From Deltaproteobacteria bacterium (GTDB lineage: Bacteria; Myxococcota; Kuafuiibacteriia; Kuafuiibacteriales; Kuafuiibacteriaceae): a stretch of DNA of 64,000 nt. The translations under genes were made by a program, and so were the position numbers. The number at the start of each line of letters is the position of its first letter. Positions within the stretch are counted from its first letter, which is position 1. A model generated the notes under the pieces. The model saw only the letters and a program-made list of their open reading frames with translations. It did not search any database and was not told the DNA's origin. Of this stretch, positions 19,632 to 29,290 are shown in pieces. The DNA lies in the NCBI GenBank assembly GCA_040218735.1, contig JAVJQW010000033.1, positions 213,748 through 277,747 on the forward strand. The letters are read 5' to 3'.

Positions 19632-19695
19632 GGGCGCTTCGTACCCCGACGCGCGCTCAAAGATCAGCTGTCAATTGTGGGTCGGAAGCGACGGA

Positions 19696-20460
19696 TCACG
19701 CGGCTTCGCTCTGGGCGTCGAAGCCGTCGAGGCGGCCGACTTCCAGCACGTCGAGCCAATCCAGGAATCGCCCGACGTCTTCACCGCGGAAGATGGCGCC
19801 GTGCTGCGGGCAGATCATGGACGGATTCAGCGCACGCACGCGCTTGGACCAGCTGCGCAGCGCAGGGGTGCTGGGCATCCACCGTTGGTGGAACCCGCGC
19901 ATGTACCCGACGTGTTGGTCGAAGTTCTCCACGAACAGCGACGTTTCGTGGCTCGGGAGGAGCGCGGCGCCGACGTCGCCGGAGAACAAGATCCGCGACG
20001 TGGGGTCGAACAATCCGAAATTGCCCGAGGCGTGGCAGTAGTGCGCGGGCACCGCCTGCAAGCGGGCGTTGCCGATCGGGATGGGCATCCCTTCGTCCGG
20101 GATCTCGATGATGTTCGCCGCGCGCCCCATCGCGAAGTGCGCGATGAAGCTTGTCCACATCCAGGAGACGTAGGTCTTCACGTTCGGACACAGGTCGAGC
20201 CACATCGGCAGCGACGACACGATGTCCGGATCCTGGTGGCTCGCGAAGAGCGCGACCACGTCGTCGACCGCGCAGTAGCGCGTCAGCTCGGAGAGCACAC
20301 GCGGGAAGATCTCGATCCCACCCGGGTCGGGGAGCAACGTCCCGTTCGGCGTGACGACGGCGTACTCGTTGGTGTCGATGACCTCGTCGCGTTTCTTCGG
20401 ATCGCGCCCCATCACGACCCAGCGGTGGGTGGGGCCTTCGTACAGGACTTCACTTCTCAT
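19696..20460 (-). CDS. Oxygen-binding di-iron protein (ODP) / FprA-like metallo-beta-lactamase fold
   Basis: IDTNEY, PDPGG, FASHQDPDI, PAHYCHASGN, ILFSGDVGAA, FHQRWMPS, ICPQHG; ATG at 20460. Confidence 0.85.
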   Translation of the reverse strand: MRSEVLYEGPTHRWVVMGRDPKKRDEVIDTNEYAVVTPNGTLLPDPGGIEIFPRVLSELTRYCAVDDVVALFASHQDPDIVSSLPMWLDLCPNVKTYVSWMWTSFIAHFAMGRAANIIEIPDEGMPIPIGNARLQAVPAHYCHASGNFGLFDPTSRILFSGDVGAALLPSHETSLFVENFDQHVGYMRGFHQRWMPSTPALRSWSKRVRALNPSMICPQHGAIFRGEDVGRFLDWLDVLEVGRLDGFDAQSEAA

Positions 20461-21220
20461 CGACTTCGACTCCCCTCTCGAGCGCGGCGAGGAGGCGTTG
20501 TCCGTCGCTCGCGATGCGCCCCAACTTCTGGAGGCGCTCTTCCAGGACATCCACGGTGGTGGCGACACGGTCGCCGAAGCTCACGAAGCGGTCCGCGTCG
20601 TCGTGGATGCGGGCGACCTCGACGCGAACACACTGGGAGATGTAGCGGCCGGTGCGGACGATCGAGCAGAGGTCCATGAGCAGCTCTCGCACCTCGTCGA
20701 TCTTGGTGCCGGCCTCCTGCGTCAGGTGTACGACCTCCGCGAGGTTGGGCCGGACGCGCGCGCCGATGGTGCTCACCGCGCGTCGCTCGGTGACCGTGAG
20801 CGACGCCCGCGACATATCGGCGGACAGGGCGACGAGATCCTTCGTGCTGACGAAGCGCCGGTCGATCGCCGCGACATCGTGCCGCTTGGCGATCTCCAAC
20901 AACGCCTGGACCTCGAGCGAGTACACGCGGATGACGTGGGTGCAGCGCGACACCGCCTCGGCGACGTCGCGACACTTCGCGTCGATCTGCTCCACGATGG
21001 GCTGGATCTCGTTCGGGAGGTCGGAGAGGAACTGCGTCAGCACCGACAGCGATCCACCCTCTTCGCGCCCGAGCTTCGCCGCGTGTACGACGCCGTTTCG
21101 CGCGAGGAGCCGCATCTGAAACGCGAGCTCCAGCAGCGGACGGGCGCTGTTCTGCACGTCCACGCAGACCCCGAAGATCCGATTCACGCGCTGGTTGAGG
21201 TCGAGGAGAGCGGCGGTCAC
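20450..21220 (-). CDS. Soluble divergent chemoreceptor (MCP-like) coiled-coil protein
   Basis: LLARNGVVHAAKLGREEGGSLSVL resembles the MCP hairpin tip [23 protein letters not shown]; no TM; overlaps the ODP start. Start chosen at GTG 21220. Confidence 0.65.
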   Translation of the reverse strand: MTAALLDLNQRVNRIFGVCVDVQNSARPLLELAFQMRLLARNGVVHAAKLGREEGGSLSVLTQFLSDLPNEIQPIVEQIDAKCRDVAEAVSRCTHVIRVYSLEVQALLEIAKRHDVAAIDRRFVSTKDLVALSADMSRASLTVTERRAVSTIGARVRPNLAEVVHLTQEAGTKIDEVRELLMDLCSIVRTGRYISQCVRVEVARIHDDADRFVSFGDRVATTVDVLEERLQKLGRIASDGQRLLAALERGVEVDEK

Positions 21221-21312
21221 GTGCCTGACGACATCGGCCGACTTCGGGGGAACGTTAACCCGGATCCACCAAATTGCGCCTCGAACCGACACGCGAGCGG
21301 TACCCTCTCGAG

Positions 21313-21822
21313 GTGACCCCGATCCGACGAACAGGGCTTCTCGTCGCGGTCTACGCCGCGGTCTACGCCGCGTTCTGCCTGTGGATCCACGCCGACGGGC
21401 ACACACCGTCGGCCCCGTCGCCGTTCGTCGCACCCTCGCAGCAGTACCTCGTGCAGGCCGTCCTGCTCGTCCCCGCGTCATTCCTGATCTGGGGTCTCGT
21501 CGGCGCGACGGTGCACGCGGTGGCGCGCGCGCTGGGCGGCGAGGGCGATCGCACCGCGACGCTCGCGGAGGTCGGGCGGGCGTGGGCCGCGCCGACGTTG
21601 GTGGTGTTCGTGGTGCCGGACGTCGTGACCTACGCGGTGGCCGGGTTCGACGCGCTCGGCCGGACCATGCGTCTCACGGCGCCGCTCACGCTGGTGTTGG
21701 TGGGGGTGTCGATGCACTTCGCGGTGCGTCGTACCCACGGCTCGAGCGGGCTGCGGACGACGCTCGCCGTGCTCGCGGGCATCGTGGTCCTCGGGGCGCT
21801 GCACGGGCCGTGGCTCCGGTGA
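21313..21822 (+). CDS. Yip1-like multi-pass membrane protein
   Basis: About 5 hydrophobic segments with a VHAVARALGGEG...AWAAP pattern; GTG at 21313 preceded by TACCCT. Confidence 0.6.
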   Translation: MTPIRRTGLLVAVYAAVYAAFCLWIHADGHTPSAPSPFVAPSQQYLVQAVLLVPASFLIWGLVGATVHAVARALGGEGDRTATLAEVGRAWAAPTLVVFVVPDVVTYAVAGFDALGRTMRLTAPLTLVLVGVSMHFAVRRTHGSSGLRTTLAVLAGIVVLGALHGPWLR

Positions 21823-22515
21823 TCAATCCCAGACGAAGAGCCACTTCACGCCCTTGAAGAGGCCGTAGAAGACCCAGCCGACCGGGCCGGGGGAGACGTC
21901 GTCTTCGTAGCGCACGTCGATCGTCGCGAGGGCGATCTGGCGGGAGAGGTTGCGCATCTCGGCTTCGAGCGTCTCGAGCTCGAGCGTCACGCGGGACAGC
22001 TCCTTCTCGACCGCGAGGATCTCCTTCACGTCCTGCGCCTTCTCGAGGAGCGAGCGCAAGCGCGCTTGCAGGTGCTTCGCGTTCTCGATCCGAATGCCGA
22101 GGTCGCGGTGCTGCCGGCTCACGTCCGAGACGCGGTGGCCACGGCCGGTGACCTCGCCGAGCTTCTCCAACGCTGCGATCGCCTCGTCGAGCTGGTCGGC
22201 CGGGACGCGCATCGTGAAGCCGGACGCGCTCTCGGTCGCGAGGTAGCCGCCGAAGCCCTCGGCGACCTGCTGCGCCTTTTGGTTGAGCTGCTTGCGCTCG
22301 TCGCCGTCGTCGTCGATCTCGAAGACCAGCCAGGCGGTGCGGATGAGCTTGCGGTCGGTCGGTGCGGCCTCGCCGCCGGCCGCGTCGTTGTCGCGGGCTT
22401 CCAGCTCGACGGCGCCGATCGCGCCCTGGGACGCGGTCATGACCGGGCCTTCGGAGGCGGCGTTGGCGCAGGCGGCGATCAGGAGGAGGGGGAGGCAACG
22501 GACGTTCGCGTGCAT
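21823..22515 (-). CDS. DUF4349-family lipoprotein
   Basis: Lipobox IAAC; RKLIRTA, GGYLA, MRVPADQLD, DVSRQHRDL, ILAVEKELSRV, IALATIDV. Confidence 0.85.
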   Translation of the reverse strand: MHANVRCLPLLLIAACANAASEGPVMTASQGAIGAVELEARDNDAAGGEAAPTDRKLIRTAWLVFEIDDDGDERKQLNQKAQQVAEGFGGYLATESASGFTMRVPADQLDEAIAALEKLGEVTGRGHRVSDVSRQHRDLGIRIENAKHLQARLRSLLEKAQDVKEILAVEKELSRVTLELETLEAEMRNLSRQIALATIDVRYEDDVSPGPVGWVFYGLFKGVKWLFVWD

Positions 22516-22574
22516 ATGAAGGCGTTGAACGCACGCCGTCCGGATCGGGTCTTCGGTTTTTCGCCTTCGTCGCG

Positions 22575-23885
22575 TCAGCGCACGTAGATCGGGTTCGCGT
22601 AGATCCAGACGTAGGATTCGGCCGCCAGCGAACGGTAGCTCGCCAGCGCGTCCGCGAGGTGGCGGGGCACGATGCGCACCTCGGCCCGGTACGCCCCGGG
22701 CTCGGACGGCGTGAACGACAGGTCCCCGGCGCCGCTCGCGACCTCCGCCCACCCGTCGGCCGTGGCGCGGAGCAGGCGCGTGGTGATCTCGGGGGGCGTC
22801 ACGTCGGCGTCCAGGTCCTGGAGCGTGGGCGCGCGCACCTCGAGCTTGGCGCTCGCGAGCGGGACCTCATCGCCCATCTCGGCGCCCGGCGCGAAGTAGT
22901 CGAAGCCGACCGGGTACCCGAACGCTTCGAAGGCGCCGTAGAGCCGCCCGTTCGCGAGGGCGCGTTTGAGCGCGAGGTCGTCGTCGCCGTCGACGAGGAG
23001 GTGGTTGCTGAACCAGATCATCATGCGCCGGTAGCTGTCGACGCGTTCGCCGTCCGCGAGCTCGGCCTGGAAGGTGTTGCGGTGGCAGTCGGTGCCCATC
23101 GTCGTCGTGCGCCGCACGCCCTGCGCGAGGGTTTGGGACCAGCGCGAGAGGTAGCGGTCGTCCTCGTTGACGAGCGCGAGGAACGCGAGGTCCGGGTGCA
23201 TCAGATCCGTGTCGCCGCGCTCGAGCCTCAGGAGTAGCTCCAGCACGTTGCCCGCCGCGTTCAGCGTGTTCGCGTGGAGGTTGTACATCTCGAACCCGTC
23301 GACCGGCAGCGTTGCGAGCTGCTCCACGGTCCAATCCTCGGTGTGTTGCAGCAACACCACCGCGCCCTGGTCGTGCATCTTCTCGATCGCGTCGGGCTCG
23401 GGGCGTCCGTAGAGCGCGCGGTCCTCGAGGTGGCCCTCCAGCCCGACCGCCATCACGGCGGTCTCGGTGCCGGCGAGGAGCATCACATCGCGGTCGTCGC
23501 AACGTATCGTCGACGCCACCGCGCGTCCGCTGCGCTCGTGCAGACGGTCGCCGAGCTCGGGGCGGTACAGGAGCACCTCCGGGAACTCGGTCTCGGCGAA
23601 CGCGTCGGAGTGGTCCGTGAGCATCACGAAGTCGTGCCCCGACTGGCACACGCCGCGACGTAGATCCGCGAGGCAGGCTTCGTCGCGGACGCCGTCCTTC
23701 TCCGGCTCCCCGTCGCAGGCGTCGTGGGAGTAGATCGAGTGCGCGTGGATGATGCCGCGGACGTCCTTCAGCCCGCGTCGTTCGGCGTGCGCGGAGGGCC
23801 GCGTCTGCCCGGGTGCCCAGGGCGTCGCCGCCTCCTTCGAAGTGCACGCCGCGAGGACGAGCAGGAGGCAGGCCGCCCGGTTCAT
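22575..23885 (-). CDS. PHP-domain metallo-hydrolase lipoprotein
   Basis: Lipobox LAAC; GIIHAHSIYSHD, DFVMLTDH, GTDCH, WIYANPIYV; ATGA overlap with the glyA stop. Confidence 0.75.
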   Translation of the reverse strand: MNRAACLLLVLAACTSKEAATPWAPGQTRPSAHAERRGLKDVRGIIHAHSIYSHDACDGEPEKDGVRDEACLADLRRGVCQSGHDFVMLTDHSDAFAETEFPEVLLYRPELGDRLHERSGRAVASTIRCDDRDVMLLAGTETAVMAVGLEGHLEDRALYGRPEPDAIEKMHDQGAVVLLQHTEDWTVEQLATLPVDGFEMYNLHANTLNAAGNVLELLLRLERGDTDLMHPDLAFLALVNEDDRYLSRWSQTLAQGVRRTTTMGTDCHRNTFQAELADGERVDSYRRMMIWFSNHLLVDGDDDLALKRALANGRLYGAFEAFGYPVGFDYFAPGAEMGDEVPLASAKLEVRAPTLQDLDADVTPPEITTRLLRATADGWAEVASGAGDLSFTPSEPGAYRAEVRIVPRHLADALASYRSLAAESYVWIYANPIYVR

Positions 23886-25339
23886 GCGAGGAAGCGCTTG
23901 CCGAGCGCGTCGAGGTCCAGGGCGGGGTAGGGCGAGAAGCGCTTCATCAGCGCATCGACGCCGTCGCGCGCCTTGTCCGCGGCGCCTTCGACCGTCCACG
24001 TGTACTTGGCCTTGCTGCCGGGTTTGGACGCCATGCCGTCGAGGATCGTCGCGTAGACGTCCGCGACCGCGTCCATCTCCGCTTCCTTCATGCCGATCGT
24101 CGTGAGCGCGGCGGTGCCGGCGCGGAGGCCGGAGGTGTACCAGGCGCCGTTTTCGTCGAACGGGATCGTGTTGCGGTTGAGCGTGATGCGGCACTCGCGG
24201 AACGCCTCCTCCGCCTGGCGGCCGGTGTACCCGCGATCGCGGAGGTCGACGAGGACGAGGTGGTTCTCGGTCCCGTGCGTCAGCACCTTCACGCTGCGCT
24301 TCTCGAGCGACGCCGCGAGGGCCTGCGCGTTCTTCACGATCTGCGCGGCGTAGTCTTTGAACTCGGGGCGCAGCGCTTCCTTGAAGCAGACGCCCTTCGC
24401 CGCCATCACGTGCGGCAACGGACCGCCCGCCACGAGCGGGCAGCCGCGGTTGAGCTGATCGCGGAACTCCTTCGTCGACAGCACCATCCCGCCGCGCGGC
24501 CCGCGGAGTGTCTTGTGGGTGGTGGTCGTGACGATCTGCGCGTGGGGCACCGGGTCGAAGTCGCCGGTGAAGACCTTGCCGGCGACGAGCCCGGCGAAGT
24601 GCGCCATGTCGACCATCAGCACGGCGCCGCAGTCGTCGGCGATCTGGCGCATCTTGGCGAAGTTCACCTTGCGCGGGTACGCGGAGTAACCGGCGATGAG
24701 GATCAGCGGCTTGACCTCCTTCGCCTGCTTCGCGATTTCGTCGTAGTCGAGCAGCCCCGTCTCCTTCGAGACGCTGTAGCTGAACGCCTCGAACATCTTC
24801 GCGGAGACGTTGTGGCGGAAGCCGTGGGTGAGGTGCCCGCCGGAGTAGAGGCCGGGCCCGAGGATGCGCTGGTTGCCGAGCTTCTGCCGGACGGCCTCCC
24901 ACTCCTCGTGTGACATCGTCGCGGGGTTCTTGTCGCCGACCGCGGGGGCCTCGACGCGGTTGGTGAGCACCGACCAGAACGCGATCAGGTTGGCGTCCGC
25001 GCCGGAGTGCGGCTGCACGTACGCGTGTTCGGCGCCGAAGAGCTCACACGCCCAGCGCGCGGTCTGCGCCTCGATGGCGTCGACGTTCTCGCAGCCGGCG
25101 TAGAAGCGGCGCGGTTTGATGTCGTCCTCGTACTCGACGTAGCCCTCGGCGTACTTGTCGGTGAGGAGGTTCGCCATGGCGAACTGCGTGGCGAGCGAGC
25201 TGTAGTTCTCGCTCGCGATCATCTTGAGGTTGCGGCCCTGGTCGAACAGCTCTTGGACGATCGGGCGCGCGATCTCGGGCGCGACCTGGTTGACCACTTC
25301 GATGAGGTTGAGGAAAGCGAGCTGTTCGGGGGAGGACAT
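23882..25339 (-). CDS. glyA: Serine hydroxymethyltransferase (long type)
   Basis: LKMIASENY, KYAEGY, YVQPHSGADAN, GGHLTHG, DMAHFAGLVA, TTTTHKTLRGPRGG. Start at 25339 is favoured by the promoter position; 25363 is an alternative. Confidence 0.96.
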   Translation of the reverse strand: MSSPEQLAFLNLIEVVNQVAPEIARPIVQELFDQGRNLKMIASENYSSLATQFAMANLLTDKYAEGYVEYEDDIKPRRFYAGCENVDAIEAQTARWACELFGAEHAYVQPHSGADANLIAFWSVLTNRVEAPAVGDKNPATMSHEEWEAVRQKLGNQRILGPGLYSGGHLTHGFRHNVSAKMFEAFSYSVSKETGLLDYDEIAKQAKEVKPLILIAGYSAYPRKVNFAKMRQIADDCGAVLMVDMAHFAGLVAGKVFTGDFDPVPHAQIVTTTTHKTLRGPRGGMVLSTKEFRDQLNRGCPLVAGGPLPHVMAAKGVCFKEALRPEFKDYAAQIVKNAQALAASLEKRSVKVLTHGTENHLVLVDLRDRGYTGRQAEEAFRECRITLNRNTIPFDENGAWYTSGLRAGTAALTTIGMKEAEMDAVADVYATILDGMASKPGSKAKYTWTVEGAADKARDGVDALMKRFSPYPALDLDALGKRFLA

Positions 25340-25346
25340 GGGCGAT

Positions 25347-25375
25347 TCGCTAACGAGCGCCATGGAACCTGTCAA
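25347..25375 (-). promoter_or_regulatory. sigma70-type promoter of glyA (probably leaderless)
   Basis: Minus strand TTGACA (25375-25370), 17-nt spacer, TAGCGA (25352-25347), 7 nt before ATG 25339. Confidence 0.55.
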
Positions 25376-25398
25376 GCGGTGCAGGTAGGCTCCGCGCG

Positions 25399-26643
25399 TT
25401 GCTCGAGACCCTGCGACGCACCTGGAACCGGCGGATGCTCATCTGCGTCCTCACCGGTTTTTCGTCCGGGCTGCCGCTGTACATCCTGATCCAGCTGTTG
25501 CCGGGGTGGCTGAAGGACGAGGGCGTCGACATCAAAACGATCGGACTGTTCGCGTGGGCGACGACGCCGTACACGTGGAAGTTCATCTGGTCACCGCTGC
25601 TCGACCGGTACGTGCCGCCGTTCCTCGGGCGACGCCGCGGGTGGGCGCTCGTCACGCAGGTCCTGTTGCTCGGCTCGATCGCCGCGCTCTCGCCGCTCGA
25701 TCCCAAGGGATCGGTGTGGACGATAGCGTACGTCGCGCTCGCGATCTCCTTCTTCTCGGCGAGCCAGGACATCGTCCTCGACGCCTACCGTCGCGAGCTG
25801 CTCCCGGACGAGGAGCTGGGGCTCGGCAACTCTTACTTCGTGAACGCGTACCGCGTCGCGGGGTTCGTCCCGGGCGGGCTCGCGTTCATCCTCGCGGATC
25901 ACTTGCCGTGGTCGATGGTGCACCTCGTCGTCGCGGCGTTCATGGTCGTGGGGATCGTCGCGACGTTGTTCATCCCCGAGCCGGACGTCGAGGCGCCGCC
26001 GCCGCGCACGTTGACGGAAGCGATCGTCGAGCCGCTGAACGAGTTCTTCACGCGGCGCGGGGGGCGTTGGGCGTTCGAGACGCTGGCGTTTTTGTTCCTC
26101 TACAAACTCGGCGACAACATGGCGGTCGCGTTGTCGACCCCGTTCTATCTGGACCTCGGCTTCTCGAAGACGGTGGTCGGGACGACGGCGAAGCTCGTCG
26201 GGTTCTGGGCGGCGATCGTCGGCGGGTTCCTCGGGGGCGGGGTGATGCTGAAGATCGGGATCAACCGCGCGTTGTGGTTGTTCGGTGGCGTGCAGATCAT
26301 CTCGATCCTCGGTTTCGCCGCGCTGTCGGTCGTGGGCGCGGACCAGCGGATGCTCGCGGCGGCGGTCGGGTTCGAGTACCTCGGGGTGGGGCTCGGTACC
26401 GCGGCCTTCGTGGCGTTCATGGCGCGGACGACCAACAAGCGCTTCACCGCCACGCAGTTCGCGTTGTTCTCGAGCTTCATCGGTGTGCCGCGGACCCTCG
26501 CGAGCAGCCTGACGGGGTACGTCGTGGAGGCGGTCGGATGGACGACGTTCTTCCTGATCTGCACCGCTTTGGCCGTGCCCGGAATGCTCATGCTGTTCCG
26601 CGTCGCACCCTGGAACGAGGATCGCCCGGCCGCTTTGACGTGA
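25399..26643 (+). CDS. ampG: AmpG-family muropeptide MFS permease
   Basis: GFSSGLP, PYTWKFIWSPLLDRY, GRRRGW, SASQDIVLDAYR, LYKLGD, TATQFALFSS. Confidence 0.93.
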   Translation: MLETLRRTWNRRMLICVLTGFSSGLPLYILIQLLPGWLKDEGVDIKTIGLFAWATTPYTWKFIWSPLLDRYVPPFLGRRRGWALVTQVLLLGSIAALSPLDPKGSVWTIAYVALAISFFSASQDIVLDAYRRELLPDEELGLGNSYFVNAYRVAGFVPGGLAFILADHLPWSMVHLVVAAFMVVGIVATLFIPEPDVEAPPPRTLTEAIVEPLNEFFTRRGGRWAFETLAFLFLYKLGDNMAVALSTPFYLDLGFSKTVVGTTAKLVGFWAAIVGGFLGGGVMLKIGINRALWLFGGVQIISILGFAALSVVGADQRMLAAAVGFEYLGVGLGTAAFVAFMARTTNKRFTATQFALFSSFIGVPRTLASSLTGYVVEAVGWTTFFLICTALAVPGMLMLFRVAPWNEDRPAALT

Positions 26644-26663
26644 CCCCCGAGGCGAGGTAGAGC
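26635..26663 (+). promoter_or_regulatory. sigma70-type promoter of the cyclophilin gene (leaderless)
   Basis: TTGACG (26635-26640), 17-nt spacer, TAGAGC (26658-26663), 6 nt before ATG 26670; no SD. Confidence 0.55.
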
Positions 26664-26669
26664 GCCGCC

Positions 26670-27191
26670 ATGGGTACACCGAACTTTCCTGACGTGAGCG
26701 ACGTGAAGGGCGCCATCCTTCACACTTCGATGGGCGACATCGAGGTCAAACTCTTCTCCGACCTCGTCCCGAAGACGGTCGGCAACTTCGTCGGTCTCGC
26801 CGAGGGCACCATCCCGTGGTCGGGCGGCTCCGGTCCGCTCTACAAACACGTCCTCTTCCACCGCGTGATCAAGGACTTCATGCTCCAGGGCGGCGACCCT
26901 GACGGCACCGGCCGCGGCGGCCCGGGCTACCGCTTCGAGGACGAGTTCCACGCCTCGCTGCGTCACAGCAAACCCGGCATCCTCTCCATGGCCAACGCGG
27001 GCCCCGGCACGAACGGCTCGCAGTTCTTCATCACGACGGTCCCGACGCCGCACCTCGACAACCGGCACTCGGTGTTCGGCGAGGTCGTCAACGGGATGGA
27101 TGTCGTCTCGAAGATCGAGAACGCGCCGACGGGCGCGGGGGATCGTCCGGTCGAGGACGTGTTCCTGGAGAGCGTCGACATCATCAGGTAG
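26670..27191 (+). CDS. Cyclophilin-type peptidyl-prolyl cis-trans isomerase
   Basis: [61 protein letters not shown]. Confidence 0.96.
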   Translation: MGTPNFPDVSDVKGAILHTSMGDIEVKLFSDLVPKTVGNFVGLAEGTIPWSGGSGPLYKHVLFHRVIKDFMLQGGDPDGTGRGGPGYRFEDEFHASLRHSKPGILSMANAGPGTNGSQFFITTVPTPHLDNRHSVFGEVVNGMDVVSKIENAPTGAGDRPVEDVFLESVDIIR

Positions 27192-27342
27192 GCCGAAGGC
27201 CCAAGGCCAGGCCGAAGGCCCAAGGCCTCCCTTGAACTTGAACTTGCCCTTTCCCTTGCCCTATTCCTCAGCGCCCGCCGTCACCCCCGCCAGGAATCAA
27301 CGCCGCTGAGGGCAAGGTAAAGGGCAAGTTCAAGTTCAAGGG
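27190..27342. repeat. 19-bp direct repeat x2 followed by a 34-bp inverted repeat (MITE/REP-like)
   Basis: AGGCCGAAGGCCCAAGGCC at 27190-27208 and 27209-27227; arms 27229-27262 and 27309-27342 are reverse-complementary with one mismatch around a 46-nt loop. Confidence 0.85.
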
Positions 27343-27398
27343 GCGGCCGTGCCTCGATCCTTGCTCCCTGCCCTCCTCCTGCCCTACAGACGGGCATC

Positions 27399-28247
27399 AT
27401 GCCGCGGCCCATCAAGACCCTGATCGAGCTCCTCACCCAGCTCGGCGAAAAAGGATCCGACGACTACGAGCCTGAGGATCGCGCGCTCTTCGCCGAGCTG
27501 CGCGAGGCGACCAACCTCGGCCTGATCCGCTGCGCCGAGCGCGGTGACGACGGCGTGTGGCGCGCCAACGTCTGGTACAAGAAGGCGCTCCTCGCGGGCT
27601 TCCGGCTCGGACAGATGTACGAGCAGGAGGGCTACGCGAACTTCAACTTCTTCGACAAACACACGCTCCCCACGCGCAACTTCTACATGACGAACAACGT
27701 GCGCCTGGTGCCGGGCGGGAGCGCGGTTCGCGACGGCGCGTACGTCGGCGAAGGCGTCATCATCATGCCGCCCGCGTACATCAACATCGGCGCGTACGTC
27801 GGCGAGGGCACGATGGTCGACAGCCACGCGCTCGTCGGGTCGTGCGCGCAGATCGGCAAGCGCGTGCACCTGTCGGCGGCCTCGCAGATCGGCGGTGTGC
27901 TCGAGCCGGCGGGGATGGTCCCGACGATCATCGAGGACGACGTCATGGTCGGCGGCAACTGCGGCGTCTACGAGGGCACGATCGTCCGCGAGCGCGCCGT
28001 GCTCGGGACGGGTGTCATCCTCAACGGCTCCACGCGTGTCTACGACGTCGTCAACGAACGCGTCCTGAAGCGCGAGAAGGACAAGCCGCTGGAGATCCCG
28101 GCGGGCGCGGTCGTCGTGCCCGGGAGCCGGCCCGTGAGCGGTGACTTCGCCGCGAGCAACGGTCTGCACGTGGCGACGCCCCTCATCGTGAAGTACCGCG
28201 ACGACAAGACCGACGCGGCGACGGCCCTCGAAGAAGCGCTCCGATGA
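27399..28247 (+). CDS. dapD: Tetrahydrodipicolinate N-succinyltransferase
   Basis: [58 protein letters not shown] hexapeptide repeats. Confidence 0.93.
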   Translation: MPRPIKTLIELLTQLGEKGSDDYEPEDRALFAELREATNLGLIRCAERGDDGVWRANVWYKKALLAGFRLGQMYEQEGYANFNFFDKHTLPTRNFYMTNNVRLVPGGSAVRDGAYVGEGVIIMPPAYINIGAYVGEGTMVDSHALVGSCAQIGKRVHLSAASQIGGVLEPAGMVPTIIEDDVMVGGNCGVYEGTIVRERAVLGTGVILNGSTRVYDVVNERVLKREKDKPLEIPAGAVVVPGSRPVSGDFAASNGLHVATPLIVKYRDDKTDAATALEEALR

Positions 28248-29290
28248 AGCGTCTTGTATTCGTCGCAGCGCTGCTCACCTTCGCGTGTGACGAGACCGAC
28301 GAGTGTCGTCGGCTCGATCGCATTCAGGAGGAGAACGACAAGGTCCTCGACCAGGCGCGCCGCCGCGCGAAGCAGGCGGACGTCACCGAGAAGCGCCTCT
28401 CGGAGATGAAGGCCAAGGCGGACGAAGCGTTCGAAGAGTACGGCCTGAACCTGTCGGAGAAGGAAGTCACGAAGGCGTTGGAGGCGCGCGCCAAGGACCA
28501 CGGCGCTACGGTCGAGCGCGGCACGCGGGAGATTGACTCCGGTATCAACCCAGGTGGCCCGGGGGGCGGTGGTGGTACGCAGACGATGTGGACGTTCACG
28601 TACCCGTCCAAGTCGATGTACGACGCGTGGCGTACCGCGGAGAAGATCATGGCCGTCCCGCCGTTCGTTCGATTTGCGTCGCTCCGGAACGGTCGTAAGC
28701 GCGGGACGTACTTGCTCGAGGCGGTCCGCGGCACGGTGGACCGCGCGCCGATGAAGGTCGAGCCGACGCCGCTCCCGAAGCTGCGGGACCCGGCGGACGT
28801 GCCCTCACAGTTCGGGTTCTGCGGGGCCGCCGAGAAACGTCAGGCGCTCGCCGCGCTCGCGAAGGAGGTCGAGGAGCTCACGCCGCAGGCCGAAGCGCTG
28901 ACCGTCAACCTTCCGCTCGCCGCGAGCTGGGAGGGGCTGTGGAAACGCACCATCGTCATCCGTGACATCGAGGACGAGTCGCGCCGCATCACCCGCGAGG
29001 TCTTCGAGTCGGCCGAGCGCGGGAAGGTCCCGCTGAAGGCGGCGGGCATCGAGAACGACATCGTGATCGTGGAGCTCGTCGGCGGGAAGAAGGAGCGCGG
29101 TCGCGTCGAACGCGAGCTCCCGAAGGCGCTCGTCGAGCAGCTCCAGACCCTGGACGGCTCGGGCCAGAAGATCGAGCGCCTGATGATCGTGAACCGCCAC
29201 GCCGAGAAGAAACACGAGGCGGAGCAGAAGCTGATGAAGGCGATCGAGCTGAAGAAGCGCCTCGAGGAGCAGAAGAAGAACCAGCCATGA
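28244..29290 (+). CDS. Hypothetical coiled-coil lipoprotein
   Basis: Lipobox TFAC; ATGA overlaps on both sides; typical codon usage. Confidence 0.7.
   Translation: MKRLVFVAALLTFACDETDECRRLDRIQEENDKVLDQARRRAKQADVTEKRLSEMKAKADEAFEEYGLNLSEKEVTKALEARAKDHGATVERGTREIDSGINPGGPGGGGGTQTMWTFTYPSKSMYDAWRTAEKIMAVPPFVRFASLRNGRKRGTYLLEAVRGTVDRAPMKVEPTPLPKLRDPADVPSQFGFCGAAEKRQALAALAKEVEELTPQAEALTVNLPLAASWEGLWKRTIVIRDIEDESRRITREVFESAERGKVPLKAAGIENDIVIVELVGGKKERGRVERELPKALVEQLQTLDGSGQKIERLMIVNRHAEKKHEAEQKLMKAIELKKRLEEQKKNQP

Noticed and set aside
21345-21372. 12-bp duplication (AVYA x2)
   Set aside because: Short in-frame duplication in a TM segment with no wider pattern.
22575-24902. 775-aa ORF suggesting a glyA-overlapping fusion
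   Set aside because: The N-terminal part is an off-frame read of glyA; the real gene starts at the lipoprotein ATG at 23885.
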